IMG/VR virus record: IMGVR_UViG_3300021964_000016 | Strand: one strand, 5' to 3' | DNA from: a virus | Length of the DNA: 64,000 bases | Shown: positions 55,401 to 64,000 of the stretch, one piece after another | Layout: the number at the start of each line of letters is the position of its first letter | How positions within the stretch are numbered: position 1 is the first letter of the stretch | The notes under the pieces: model-generated | Seen by the model: only the letters and a program-made list of their open reading frames with translations | Told to the model about the DNA's origin: nothing | Database searches by the model: none | Translations under genes and position numbers: made by a program

Positions 55401-58178
55401 AAACCCAATATTCTCTGCTTCTAACTTACAATGCATAGTGAAGTTACCCTCATCTAAAGATGAGGTAGCAAAAGACGCATCGTCTATAAAGCTGTTGTTA
55501 ATAATTGAGGCAGTGAACGCATAACCTTTAGTGAAATCGTCTACAAAGAAACCAGTCTTGGAGCGGATATTACCGTCAGCATCAAGTTCTACGAGGTTAG
55601 ATGCTTCCTGTTCAAGAGCAGTCAAAGAAACAGTTTCTTCAAGACGAGCAACTCTTCTCTCAATATCGTGTATGTCGTTCATTTTAAACCCACGATATTG
55701 TCGACGGTTCCAGGACAGGTCAGAAGAACTCTTAGTGTTTCCTCCAAGAGCAACATCAAACAGAACCATTTCTCCCTTTTTCTCTCCTGGAGGTACTGGT
55801 TGTAAAGATTCTTCTCCTTGGTTTACTGCAACCACTGGGCGAAAATCGCCGTCATATTTCAAAACCACATGGTCTAGTCGGTGATTATAAAATTGAACAC
55901 CGTAGTTTATTTGATCGTCGTTTCTTGGCAACCTAAAACGATCTCCAGAAGTCATTGCACTAGAATCAGGATCTAGTTTTGATCGGAAGTCTAGGTAGTT
56001 GTGTAATGGATATATTCGACCGCTTTTATTAGAAACATAATTCGGAATATCGCCGTAGTCAAACCAAGTAGAATCTTCTATGTCATAAGAATTAACAGAG
56101 AAAAAGTCTCCGCCCGATCCCCAAGTAAAGTATGCGACCTTGGCTCTTATATCTGTAACGGCAGCAGCAACCCCGTCTGGGATTAATTTTACAGGTCCGT
56201 AATAATTGTCTCTTTGCCCTGGATCAAAAGCGACTTGGTGCAGAACATTTGAACCAGCACTATCACTATCGTATGCTGCAATCAAAGAAATACCATCATA
56301 CAATTCATTAGCAGTAATAGAAAGAGGATCAATAGTAAAGTCACTATCTGGCGAAGTACGAGAAAAATCGAACCAATTTTCTGAATATGTTTTAGACTTT
56401 GGTGATGGGTCATCAACGCTCACATAATAGAAAATTTCATATCGAGAAGTTGTCCCACTTAGAGTACTAATAGTAGCTGTGTTTCCAACTACTGATATTT
56501 TACCGTCAATATTCTCTACGGTATTGTTATCCTTTCTAATCGCGATCCATTGCGCCTCATCTGTAAAAGATTCGTCAGCAGCAATTGTGATAGTCACTAC
56601 ACCACCACTTGCCGTTTTACTCGTCTGTTCTTGAACAGTGAAATTATCCACACTGACTTGTTTGACCCTTCCTCCAGGGACTTCAAAAAGACTGGTATTC
56701 GTTTCTGGAGAAGTTACATAAGTCTGATTATCTTCCCTCAATGGTTTTACTGCTTTTGCAAAATCGGTAGAATCTCCGATAGCAAATACGTCTCTAAAAT
56801 TATTCGCGCCAGACATTTGTATGTCGAAAAGGTGCATTCTGTATCGAGCACTGTCTATAGCAGAACCTCTGTCGACAAGAGATTTCACTCTGGTATAACC
56901 AATAACAGCCGAATCCGCATCAAATAGAGCAATTTTCTTTTGATTTGTTATTGCGTTCTCAAAATCACTATCTAAGTTGCCCAGAGAACTATCGCCTGAA
57001 CTTAGGTTGTCAAAGGCAACGTAGTTTTTGTAAGAAACATTAATGTTTTGATCTGAGTCGGTAACAAAAGAAGTTGGTTTCGGTACAACTAAACTTTTTC
57101 CGACTTTATGCTCTAGGCGGAATCCATCTAAAAATGCTAGTGGACGCACCCCTAACTGTTCAGCAGGAATGTCATAAATCATTTGAGCACTGTCATCGCC
57201 TTCTCTAAATTGTATCTCAAAGTCGTTGACAATAAAGTTTCCATGAGTATCATGGTGGCGATGTGCTAGTCGTTTCTCAAATTGATTAAAATTGTCAGTT
57301 CCTTCTTTTATTTGTACGATTTTAGAAGCACGAACAGTTGCAAAGGAAACAAAATCTTCTGCTACTGCAACCGCGTCTCTCGTAGACAAAGTCATCTGGA
57401 TTCTATATCGATCGGCACCAGGAGCAGACAGATTAGGTCGAGTTCCTTGATTGTCGTACAAAGCATCGTCATCAGCGGTAGTTACCACATCTTGCGTTAC
57501 TTCAAACCCTACTTCTGCATCAACATAAGAACTGTATTTTGATATTGCTAGAGTTTGTTTAGGAACGTATACAAAGTGTCCTTGAACGTAAAATTCTGCT
57601 CTTTGTACAGAAAAGAGGACACCCTTTCCAGTAGAGTTTATCGCCGAACCGCTATGTTTTGTTCGAACAGTAAGACTATTACTACCGTTTACTAACGTTT
57701 CTGCATCATCAAACGTTAAAGATTCGGTTTGAACGTCTGTGGAAACACTTTGTTGATTAGCAGAGACATACCTTCCATACAAGATATGAATCGTACTCTC
57801 ACCCGCGTTATCGTCTTTCGCTTCTTGAATATAACTTATTTGAAACTTTAGTCCGCTCGTTCCTGTTTTTGATTCGCCTGTAAACTCTAACCCAATATAG
57901 TCGGCGGCATCAAGGGCAAAAGATGCGTCTGTGACGATAACATAATCAACGATGTCAGTTCCAGCACCAGATGATTTCGGAGATATAGCAGCACCATCCA
58001 TGAAGATGTTGTTTGCCATTCTGGTGATTTGAGTTTGTAAAATAGTCTGTAACTGATTGAGTTCCCTCGCTTGGAGAGCACGTCCAGAATTGAATAGAAC
58101 CTTATGGTATCCAGCACTATCTTTAAAATCGTCCCTATATGTATCAGAGAACGTTGTTGATGTAAACTGATTAGGCAT
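52488..58178 (-). CDS. Large baseplate-associated structural protein (VrlC/DUF4815-like)
   Basis: YRDDF...YHKVLFNSGRALQARELNQLQTILQ, APGADRY, KTGFFVDDF, DPLAQTF, GSLFLSQNGSTWT. Confidence 0.85.
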   Translation of the reverse strand: MPNQFTSTTFSDTYRDDFKDSAGYHKVLFNSGRALQARELNQLQTILQTQITRMANNIFMDGAAISPKSSGAGTDIVDYVIVTDASFALDAADYIGLEFTGESKTGTSGLKFQISYIQEAKDDNAGESTIHILYGRYVSANQQSVSTDVQTESLTFDDAETLVNGSNSLTVRTKHSGSAINSTGKGVLFSVQRAEFYVQGHFVYVPKQTLAISKYSSYVDAEVGFEVTQDVVTTADDDALYDNQGTRPNLSAPGADRYRIQMTLSTRDAVAVAEDFVSFATVRASKIVQIKEGTDNFNQFEKRLAHRHHDTHGNFIVNDFEIQFREGDDSAQMIYDIPAEQLGVRPLAFLDGFRLEHKVGKSLVVPKPTSFVTDSDQNINVSYKNYVAFDNLSSGDSSLGNLDSDFENAITNQKKIALFDADSAVIGYTRVKSLVDRGSAIDSARYRMHLFDIQMSGANNFRDVFAIGDSTDFAKAVKPLREDNQTYVTSPETNTSLFEVPGGRVKQVSVDNFTVQEQTSKTASGGVVTITIAADESFTDEAQWIAIRKDNNTVENIDGKISVVGNTATISTLSGTTSRYEIFYYVSVDDPSPKSKTYSENWFDFSRTSPDSDFTIDPLSITANELYDGISLIAAYDSDSAGSNVLHQVAFDPGQRDNYYGPVKLIPDGVAAAVTDIRAKVAYFTWGSGGDFFSVNSYDIEDSTWFDYGDIPNYVSNKSGRIYPLHNYLDFRSKLDPDSSAMTSGDRFRLPRNDDQINYGVQFYNHRLDHVVLKYDGDFRPVVAVNQGEESLQPVPPGEKKGEMVLFDVALGGNTKSSSDLSWNRRQYRGFKMNDIHDIERRVARLEETVSLTALEQEASNLVELDADGNIRSKTGFFVDDFTKGYAFTASIINNSFIDDASFATSSLDEGNFTMHCKLEAENIGFNYDSANLYSSRGVTKSNIIKKGENLMLDYIDVLDTSMKNEMISWKSTGNYEEFGYYNVNPFNVFMGEGILRLNPSRDIWFDTRRLPDKHINGGTIIRRIGEPLVPRTFTYSRTSVIIRWVPRPRTEPTGPAGLFGALLGSSNTALGRDNQQTEDNWFDLVDLQGGTRTETYRVTQSVRTKVVSDQTFTRDLGDRTVAILSVPFMRQRRIFAKAQGMRPNTRYWCYMNGIQMNQWVRSRTETEYNSSISAGDHRRGVAQTNVSLKSHPFGSDAERTLISDNDGELFFELWIPNNSVIPIPLSTQFNTQQEWNQWIANSRKYAKQYGSVKSVNALNEMGWKFRCGTHQVKLLDISTYNPDGALSRASTSYSAWGRISLRERTFAHTRVVTVQDEYVTESEELIGVSEDWRPRDPLAQTFTVDGGAGVPGVFVTKIDTFIRSAPSVSDTQVPLQLQLRTVSSGVPDRDVISEQHRVYKTAAAVRTAISGQTETLASVLAHPVTFEFEEPVFLRSGEEYAFVLLAECDKYEAYVATTYDLVLGSTSKRVSKQPSKGSLFLSQNGSTWTPKQNQDMPYRIYTAKFKETGGANFYNEPLERHIHNYASSLRVDSDNLNRLRVDHLGHGLGWGDLAAITGLDSAAKYNGVFGSSIMDSANKVINPDIAGYYISLDSAFTSVGTFGSDSVASNRGFFIDRALLNFQDHEFENTGIVYNASFVSGTSHSKISQTQGVDVRFNIDNTNTTMPNTLPYFFKTPKYVANQNQEDSVLSAPSIVVSATLTTNQKSTFGGDLFRGGVSSGYVSDVSPIIDTQSIGMVVMNNVIDNQPIDSDAAGVAENRPEGYIRESHPTLGTTPSKHITKIVQLGQAANGIKVLLDMYRPPQSSFDLYYRTSAEADENMYENSWILATAQNDPAPSPWVNNDENITFTEYRYLIGGETGTLPDFTSFQLKVVLKSTNTCQAPVLGNIRAIALI

Positions 58179-58189
58179 TTCTTATTTCC

Positions 58190-59719
58190 TTAAAGGTCTA
58201 TTACAATCTTAATGTCTTCTGTCTGTTCATTATCTCTGGTAACTGGTGACCTGTTGTCTATATAGATCACTTCTCCAGAGAAGTTGTTTACCTCAGCAGG
58301 GCGAAGAACGGGTTGCCCTCCAGCTGGGTTGGGGATAACAGAAATACCACTACCTCCAGCACCAACAGAAACAGTGTCAGAATCTGTGAAAGGTTTAAAT
58401 CCCGTTTCTCTTGTTTGATGAACATACAAAATATCGTTCGTCTCGTCAAAATAATCTAGGACTGCTCTTGCGTTAGAAACACTACCTATAACAGTTTCAT
58501 CACCAAGAATATTGGAATAATTCAACCCGCCCGCAACATACAATTTTTTAAGCGCATTAAGTGTAACATCGCTTGCAGCAGAATCTCCAGAAAACCCAGG
58601 ATATTGTGCAGAATCTTTTAGTGGGTTTTTAATAATCCCTATTTGACGGAAATCGTTAGTTACTTGGAAATCGTTATTTTCTGTTCCGTCTAAAGTTGCG
58701 TTAAACATTATAGCAGAAGAGTTTAAATCTTTTATGGGGTTTCCTCCCATACCAGAATCATTAGCAATAATTGCGCGCAGTTTTGCCCCAGTTCCGCCAC
58801 CTCCAGATACAGTAATAGAAGCATCAAAATAATTTTTGCCGAAAGTAAACGTGCCTACACTGTCCCCGTCAGTAGAGTCTGCCTTCATAATTACTTCATA
58901 TATTGATCCATTATGAATACGAGCAAATGCTTGCGCTGGAGTAACATCAGAATCTAATTGAGCAGAATCGAACTTTGTTAACGTATTTCTAGAAATTGGT
59001 GTAATGGTTATTGTCGGTTTAGAAGTAAAACCAGAACCACCGCTGTCTACTGCTATTCCGATGATTTGTCCTGGAATCGCATTGTTTTGTAATCCAAATT
59101 GTTGTCTACGAGAAACTGATAAATTATCGAAAGGAATATTTGTTTGAGAAGAGTCTAACACCTTTTCAACAGGCATGTAAGCAGAAGTAATATATTTTCT
59201 GGATTCCGCTGCGCCAATATTGTACATGAACTTCCAGATATATCCATCGTCACCAGCAGAAAAGGGGTTTCCTGAGGTGTCTATTGGTTTATACAGAGAT
59301 TGTCTAGGAATTGCTTGAGAGGTATACCCTTTTTGAAGGCAAACATAAACATTATCGTCGTCAGTAAGAACGTAATACGGGTTTTGAATATCGCCAGAAG
59401 CAGAAATCGTTGTATTAGAATTATACTCATCGTCCCATGCTTCATAAAAGTTACCAGCAGTCCAACTGTGCCTTGGTACAACATAGGAAACGTCCGGAAC
59501 CAATTTCATTGACTGGATAGATGCTTGAAAATCTTTAACGGAGCGATTGCTTGGAGTTGGTGCAGGTGGTTCTACGTCAGAATCCCATTCCTCTGATCTT
59601 CCAATCGCCAAATAAAATCTATCCGAGTCTTGCCCTGAATCTAATCCAACGTTTTGGGTGCTGTTATAGAGATCAGTTAATATATCTCTTTTTAGACTTT
59701 CAGTTATAGTAGCGGCCAT
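58190..59719 (-). CDS. gp8: Baseplate wedge subunit
   Basis: YLAIGR, VVPRHSW, YYVLTDDDNVYVCL, DGYIWKFMY, DFRQIGIIKNP, SGEVIYIDNR...QTEDIKIVI. Confidence 0.9.
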   Translation of the reverse strand: MAATITESLKRDILTDLYNSTQNVGLDSGQDSDRFYLAIGRSEEWDSDVEPPAPTPSNRSVKDFQASIQSMKLVPDVSYVVPRHSWTAGNFYEAWDDEYNSNTTISASGDIQNPYYVLTDDDNVYVCLQKGYTSQAIPRQSLYKPIDTSGNPFSAGDDGYIWKFMYNIGAAESRKYITSAYMPVEKVLDSSQTNIPFDNLSVSRRQQFGLQNNAIPGQIIGIAVDSGGSGFTSKPTITITPISRNTLTKFDSAQLDSDVTPAQAFARIHNGSIYEVIMKADSTDGDSVGTFTFGKNYFDASITVSGGGGTGAKLRAIIANDSGMGGNPIKDLNSSAIMFNATLDGTENNDFQVTNDFRQIGIIKNPLKDSAQYPGFSGDSAASDVTLNALKKLYVAGGLNYSNILGDETVIGSVSNARAVLDYFDETNDILYVHQTRETGFKPFTDSDTVSVGAGGSGISVIPNPAGGQPVLRPAEVNNFSGEVIYIDNRSPVTRDNEQTEDIKIVIDL

Positions 59720-59731
59720 TTCCTTTACCTA

Positions 59732-60535
59732 TTATGCTAATGTGATGCCAGTATCTGTAATCAGATGCCAAGCAGAGTCTGACCAGATTAAAGAACAAGC
59801 AGCGTGTTGAGCGACTTGTATTGTTGTTCCACCCGCCAAATTTGCTGGGGTGATCGTAGCAGTACCAGTATTGATATTTACAAACTTTTTCTCATCTCCT
59901 ATCGTTACACCGTCTGGTAGGGCAACCGCAAAAGGTGTAGATGATTTGTTAAGAAAAGAAGTTGGAAGTTTGACGCTGGCAGTAGATCCTGTAGTTGTAA
60001 TTGTTTCAGTAGTAAACACAAGTCTGCTGTCTACATGAACTACGCCGTTGTTAAGTGGATGAAGATGAAGATCTACATCGCCTGAATCCCCCGTAACCCC
60101 AATGACAACTCCATAAGAAGAATCGCCGTTTTTAACTTCAAAATGATTAACTGCGTTTGGAGTACCATTAAAAGAAATAATTGGGTTATCGTTGCTATCG
60201 TGAATGTCATCGGTAATGACGTCAACCAACGTTTTGTTGGTCAGGATATCTGTCGTGTCCTTTAATACAACGGTGCCAGTAGCATTAGGGAGAGTGATAG
60301 TTTTATTACTACCTGAAGTAGTTGCTGCAACTAATTTTGTATCGTATGTCCCATTTTCAAAAATAATTGAACCGTCAGAATCAAAACTGATGTTTGTGGT
60401 CGAAGAGACAGAATCCCCAAACAGCAGAAATAAAGACCGAAAATTTGTATTGATCTTATCTGCTGCCTGACGTAAAGTATCGCCAGTACCATCATTGGCA
60501 GTAGTACCGTTGTTTAAAATTTCTCTGGTTGCCAT
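59732..60535 (-). CDS. Baseplate tail-fibre connector (gp9/gp10 N-terminal domain)
   Basis: GTTANDGTGDTLRQAADKINTNF. Start likely ATG 60535. Confidence 0.8.
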   Translation of the reverse strand: MATREILNNGTTANDGTGDTLRQAADKINTNFRSLFLLFGDSVSSTTNISFDSDGSIIFENGTYDTKLVAATTSGSNKTITLPNATGTVVLKDTTDILTNKTLVDVITDDIHDSNDNPIISFNGTPNAVNHFEVKNGDSSYGVVIGVTGDSGDVDLHLHPLNNGVVHVDSRLVFTTETITTTGSTASVKLPTSFLNKSSTPFAVALPDGVTIGDEKKFVNINTGTATITPANLAGGTTIQVAQHAACSLIWSDSAWHLITDTGITLA

Positions 60536-60564
60536 TTCCAAAATTTCCGTTTATTTGTATTGAC

Positions 60565-60572
60565 TATTTATA
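60565..60572 (-). promoter_or_regulatory. T4-type late promoter TATAAATA
   Basis: Exact consensus, intergenic. Confidence 0.85.
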
Positions 60573-60592
60573 AGGGTTTTATTCAAAATCAA

Positions 60593-61918
60593 CTATATGT
60601 CGCCATTATATCCCAAAATAGGAGCAGAGTCGCCGTTACCGAGTCCGTCACTATCAACAGAATGCAAATAACTGAAATGCCAAACATCTTCGTCTATCAA
60701 ATTGATTATATTAGATAGGTCAGCATAACTATCATCAAGAGTTCTAGCATTTATATCATCCGCGTCAGCGAGAGAACCATATTGCGTGTCCCAATTTGCA
60801 ATTGTTCTTGGGTGGAACATATCGTTTGGTCTGGTTCTAATTCTATATCCATCCGGACCAGGAGCAATCTCAGTAACAGAAGAGGTTAGAAGTCCCTTTG
60901 TTTCTTGTTTTGTTGTTATATTAGTTGTTTGCACAATTAATACTGGTGGAGGCGGTTGGATAAGAGCAGGTGGAACCAACCCCAACCCCAAATCAAATAC
61001 TGAAGTTATGTCTACCTTTCCTGCAAGGTACATACCTGCTGGGTGAATGAAAGACTTATATGCTCTTTGCCAAACATTAACGGAAAGTGGTGTAGATATC
61101 AGCAATCCATATAACTGGAAAAACCTATTGTCAGTTATTCTTTTATCCGTAACATCAGAACCAATTGCTGTGTTAGAAGTTTTTTCAGATTCAATTCTAA
61201 GTTTTTTTCCTTGATATAGCAAAGCGTTACTAGCAGCATAATTAAGAGAAACATCAGATGCATATGAAGTTGGGTTGCCTTCTGCATTAACTGCCCAAGA
61301 AGGAGTAGAGGTAGTTTTTAAAGAAACCTTTTTTTCAAAATAATTTAATTCGTAGTCTACACCTTCAACAATTTCTATGAATTCTCCGTCATCTTTTTGC
61401 AGAAAGACTGTAACTACTGCGTCCGGAAATGTAAAAGAAAAGTTATTACCTGTTGTAACCCCACCACCAATATACTCTAGCGTTTCTAATCTGGGGTCGC
61501 CCACATTAAATACTCTATCTCTCCCATATTCTACTTCAATATCTACTCCATAAAATATCCTAAAAAACTGTTTTATAGAATATTCTGTTCCTTTAGATCT
61601 ATAGAGTATGTTTGAGTATTGTATTGCTGATCTTTTATCGTTGAACGTTTCAAAATAAGGTTCGCCGAGTAAAAGTTCGCTTGCGATAAATGTCAAAAAT
61701 TCAGTTTTTGTTTGTACTACATCACGGGATATTAGGAGATCTTGAATATTTGAAACAGGGTTATCCCCTGCTTCAAGACTTTTATAATACTCTTCCAAGA
61801 ACTTTACTAAATTTGGGTACTTATCGTCGAAATGAGACGGCAAAGCATTAAAAACTTCATACCGATCAAAGTCTAGGTCGTATCGATAGATATCGGATGT
61901 TGTCTTGTCAATTGACAT
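60593..61918 (-). CDS. Baseplate wedge initiator (gp7-like)
   Basis: YPNLVKFLEEYY, YRSKGTEYSIKQFFRIFYG, FIHPAGM. Follows gp6. Confidence 0.75.
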   Translation of the reverse strand: MSIDKTTSDIYRYDLDFDRYEVFNALPSHFDDKYPNLVKFLEEYYKSLEAGDNPVSNIQDLLISRDVVQTKTEFLTFIASELLLGEPYFETFNDKRSAIQYSNILYRSKGTEYSIKQFFRIFYGVDIEVEYGRDRVFNVGDPRLETLEYIGGGVTTGNNFSFTFPDAVVTVFLQKDDGEFIEIVEGVDYELNYFEKKVSLKTTSTPSWAVNAEGNPTSYASDVSLNYAASNALLYQGKKLRIESEKTSNTAIGSDVTDKRITDNRFFQLYGLLISTPLSVNVWQRAYKSFIHPAGMYLAGKVDITSVFDLGLGLVPPALIQPPPPVLIVQTTNITTKQETKGLLTSSVTEIAPGPDGYRIRTRPNDMFHPRTIANWDTQYGSLADADDINARTLDDSYADLSNIINLIDEDVWHFSYLHSVDSDGLGNGDSAPILGYNGDI

Positions 61919-61923
61919 GCTTG

Positions 61924-63834
61924 TTACTCGGTGTCAGTGATAACTGCTTTGGAATACGATTCTTCTGCATCAAACTTTACAATACTGTTTCGGACTGAAG
62001 TCACAACAGATTTATTTGCAGGAATAGCATAAAGTTTTATGTAAGATCTTCCCCCTGGAATAGATTGAACATTTAATCCAGTTATAGTAACTGTTCCAGT
62101 AGTTCTATCGTAGGAACCTATATTGTCTACTACGACGTCACCAAAAGAATCGACTATTTCTAAAACGTTAGAAGGTCTAACTTCAAATACTGCGTCTTGT
62201 CCTTCGCCAGAAACACGAACTCTTTCGTTCAATTTGTTTCTTATAAACACTGTTTTATTTTTGTAGGTAAACTCGCTGGTATAGACAGTTTTTGCTTGTT
62301 GTACAACAGGGTCTCTTATTGCGACTGGGAATTTTACAACATAATCTTTTATCTGTGTCAATTGAGGAAATACCCTTCTATTAAGAACAATTTCCGCGCG
62401 AGAAGAGAGCACAGAAGGATCAGTAGCGTCAATATCGGTTAACAGGTTTGACAAACGAAATACTTTACCAAAACTTCCAGTATTTTCTGCAAAATATTCT
62501 TCTACAGAAGTGTTCACAGCTGCTCGTATGTTGGATTGAGTCAATCCTGTCAAAGCAGGATTAAACTGGAAAAACACTTCAGTCGCAATATAAGTTTCTA
62601 CTGGATCTTGGAACCTTAACTGAAAAGATGTTATAGAATATTGTTCTGCTAACTCTAGAATCTTTTGCCTAGTATTAGAAATTGTTTGCGAACTTAGTCC
62701 TGCTTTCCAGACTATAGAAACATATACTGCTCCAAAATCTGGGTCAAGTTCGTCTTGTCCTCCCCAAGATTGTATGTCACTAATAAAAGAAGAATATTTC
62801 TTTAGTATGAGTGCGGTGTAATCGTTAGCAGTTACCATTCTGTTTTGTGAAGAAAATTGATATGGGGCATTTTTTCTTATAGATTCAATAGACTCAACAG
62901 CAGTACCGCCAGAGGAACTTGTCACCGTTTCGAGATTAACTGTATCTAAATTGGGGTCTACGAGATAACTTCCAATGTAGATGTCAGAAGCAAGAACAAG
63001 ACTTTGTATTCCATTTGCTGTTTCTCCGCTATTTCGAAGATAATTAACAGCAACGACGTTTCCTGCCTTTGGTGAAACACCGAGAGTTGTTCCGTTACCA
63101 AAAGACAACTCATAAAATCCATTAGGGGATTCTCTAAGAACATACAACCTAGATTCTTCATCAATCGTTGTAGCGTCAACTAGGTTTTGATAAACAGAAA
63201 ATTCTGAACCTCCGTCTACCTCAGAGGATGCCTGATCTTCAAACACCCTGACAATGGCAGTGCTTATGTCAACTTCTTTGTCGGGGATAACATAAACAGT
63301 ATCTAATGAAGACCCAACCAAAAAGTCTTGTTGTCTCTCTTCTCCTTCGTAGACGAAAATTGTCCCATCAGGGTCGCCCGCAGGATAAAATTTATACGTC
63401 CCATTTTCTAAAAATGCTTCAACAGTTACCCTATTACTAAATGTATAGTCTACCTCGTCTTTTGTTCCACGAAGGACCAACTCACCAGGAAGTAATTTGA
63501 CCTGAGTCGCTAAATTGCTAACCGAGTTTGGAGTTATTGAAAAATTAATAGTGCACTCAGAAGATTTTTTAGAGTCCGGAATATATCCCAAAGATTCCGC
63601 TAAAGAGACAACAGAAGGTCTTAATTGTGCTGTGACTAAAAACGACTCGTTTAATGCAAAATTGGTCAAAAGTGCATTATAATGAGTGTTATATGCAAGA
63701 ACGTCTAAAATATTGTTTATACCAGAACCGTCGAAATCATAATCATTAAATTGCCCACCATCTTTTAAAAAGTTCTTTAAACTTTCTTTAATGGCATTGA
63801 AGTCTAATTCTGTTGATTTTATTGTGGTTGCCAT
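61924..63834 (-). CDS. gp6: Baseplate wedge subunit
   Basis: ELDFNAIKESLK, FNDYDFDGSG..LDVLAYNTHY, ESIESIRKNAP, QNRMVTANDY. Confidence 0.95.
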   Translation of the reverse strand: MATTIKSTELDFNAIKESLKNFLKDGGQFNDYDFDGSGINNILDVLAYNTHYNALLTNFALNESFLVTAQLRPSVVSLAESLGYIPDSKKSSECTINFSITPNSVSNLATQVKLLPGELVLRGTKDEVDYTFSNRVTVEAFLENGTYKFYPAGDPDGTIFVYEGEERQQDFLVGSSLDTVYVIPDKEVDISTAIVRVFEDQASSEVDGGSEFSVYQNLVDATTIDEESRLYVLRESPNGFYELSFGNGTTLGVSPKAGNVVAVNYLRNSGETANGIQSLVLASDIYIGSYLVDPNLDTVNLETVTSSSGGTAVESIESIRKNAPYQFSSQNRMVTANDYTALILKKYSSFISDIQSWGGQDELDPDFGAVYVSIVWKAGLSSQTISNTRQKILELAEQYSITSFQLRFQDPVETYIATEVFFQFNPALTGLTQSNIRAAVNTSVEEYFAENTGSFGKVFRLSNLLTDIDATDPSVLSSRAEIVLNRRVFPQLTQIKDYVVKFPVAIRDPVVQQAKTVYTSEFTYKNKTVFIRNKLNERVRVSGEGQDAVFEVRPSNVLEIVDSFGDVVVDNIGSYDRTTGTVTITGLNVQSIPGGRSYIKLYAIPANKSVVTSVRNSIVKFDAEESYSKAVITDTE

Positions 63835-64000
63835 TATCGTAACCTATTCAAATTTATGGTTGTTGTGACAGTTTCTTCGAAACTTATGTTTTTGATGTTC
63901 AAGTCCAGTTTTATCCTCAAATCATTAGAAGAATACCTAAGAAGATCAGAAGAACCGCTCTCAATAATTTTTTCTCCTTGAAGATAAGTAATATTTTTTA
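63834..64000 (-). CDS. gp25: Baseplate wedge subunit gp25-like, 5' part outside the window
   Basis: Reading frame ends ...ISFEETVTTTINLNRLR* with a TAATG overlap onto the gp6 start. The terminal RLR and position are typical of gp25. Confidence 0.65.
   Translation of the reverse strand, partial: KNITYLQGEKIIESGSSDLLRYSSNDLRIKLDLNIKNISFEETVTTTINLNRLR

Noticed and set aside
1-64000. All plus-strand ORFs and short alternative-frame minus-strand ORFs in the track
   Set aside because: They lie antisense to or inside well-supported genes and lack recognisable motifs. Those over repeat genes merely mirror the repeats.
1-64000. Assignment as a cyanophage
   Set aside because: Gene order is similar, but no photosynthesis genes are in this window, and strong SD sites plus IHF-like boxes fit a heterotrophic host better. 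The host cannot be determined from this window.

Overview
This 64 kb window comes from a large T4-like myophage with marine Kyanoviridae/pelagiphage-style gene order, and every credible gene is on the minus strand. Read in transcription order (right to left) it carries baseplate genes (gp25 partial, gp6, gp7-like, gp9-like, gp8, a 1896-aa VrlC/DUF4815-like protein). A hypervariable fibre island follows, with several long repeat proteins interleaved with tailoring enzymes (glycosyltransferase, sulfotransferase-like, GNAT-like, 2OG-Fe(II) oxygenase-like). Next come neck/tail/packaging/head genes (gp13-gp23, gp3), then uvsY, uvsW, gp55, gp47 and gp46. After these sits a compact candidate DNA base-hypermodification operon (TET/JBP dioxygenase, class II glutamine amidotransferase, amidoligase, GNAT, amino-acid:DNA transferase, P-loop kinase) interrupted by a GIY-YIG/ParB-like gene, and finally early genes. 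The most notable observations are: (1) a predicted post-replicative thymine hypermodification pathway whose enzymes end in sliding-clamp-binding-like tails (LEDFF/LEGFL/LEDL), like gp55; (2) strong Asp-Ser enrichment in outer virion proteins next to modifying enzymes, suggesting virion decoration; (3) two paralogous YSGSRNY-repeat proteins whose repeat order reads as a complementary out-and-back hairpin with a variable tip; (4) three early promoters each with an IHF-consensus box. All assignments come from motifs read by eye and from synteny. No searches were run. No tRNA, rRNA or CRISPR array was seen.
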